Source: Dicyema japonicum (taxonomy: Eukaryota > Animalia > Dicyemida). Taken from it: a DNA stretch of 64,000 nucleotides. The translations under genes were made by a program, and so were the position numbers. The first letter of the stretch is position 1. Each line of letters opens with the position of its first letter. This document shows positions 63,591-64,000 of this stretch, in pieces. The notes beneath the pieces were generated by a model. It saw only the letters and a list, made by a program, of their open reading frames with translations, did no database searches and was not told the origin of the DNA. The stretch lies in assembly GCA_011109175.1 (NCBI GenBank), contig RDEW01000020.1:910755-974754 (forward strand), read 5' to 3'.

Positions 63591-64000
63591 TATGCAAAAA
63601 TCGTTTATTTAGTTTGCTAAGAAAAAGAGATCCTTAGATTTACGAATATTTTCACGAAAGTGCTATTATATTATGTCGCGAGCCAAAGCAATTACCGATC
63701 CACAGATGTTACCTTTGACAGCTGTCATCTACTGTCATAACTGTCATTTTAATCAAAATTTAATCAATACTATAATTTTTTCTATTTTTATAAATTATTA
63801 TATTCCGATATAAAGATTAATTCTACGATAATATTAACAATTATTATTAAATTATTTTATCAAAAATTACTCCAATTTTACTCTGGCTAACTATTTATTG
63901 AATATTTGCCGCGTGGCGCCATGTGGTGCTGCGTGGTTAATTGGTTTAAATTTTCTGCTTGCTTGTCTGTTCCTCCTCTCTCTTCCGAGATGACAAGAGT

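Noticed and set aside
1-64000. CRISPR arrays, rRNA genes or prokaryotic operons
   Set aside because: No repeat-spacer periodicity or rRNA-like sequence seen; the gene content is spliced and eukaryotic.

Overview
AT-rich eukaryotic (metazoan) scaffold: compact host genes separated by a dense patchwork of decayed transposons. Nearly every intron I could map is only 21-26 nt (GT..AG), which fragments the supplied ORF track. A HES/WRPW bHLH gene makes it an animal, and the intron sizes match those described for dicyemid mesozoans (organism call is inference). Host genes reconstructed by hand-splicing: SIK-like kinase, HES-like bHLH, CD225/dispanin, SMC4, RBM8A/Y14, an orphan, an LRR-Roc-COR (MFHAS1-like) protein, ASH2L, a miniature TCF20/RAI1 ePHD protein, PRCC and a DRAM/TMEM150 protein. 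Mobile DNA: RTE-like LINEs, Ingi/Vingi/Jockey-like LINEs, CRE-like and R4/NeSL-like RLE retroelements, Tigger/pogo elements, a nested pair of hAT transposons and a Ginger-like integrase. Best lead: a ~65-75 nt pseudoknot-capable module, seen four times on the minus strand, with HDV-ribozyme-like stem order but a non-canonical core. In three cases it heads an APE-RT LINE just upstream of a degenerate 2A-like (NPGP) peptide. Second lead: the SIK kinase has Glu in place of its LKB1-target T-loop Thr. Many tandem duplications, especially those joined by a single N, look like assembly artefacts. All calls are by eye; no searches were run.
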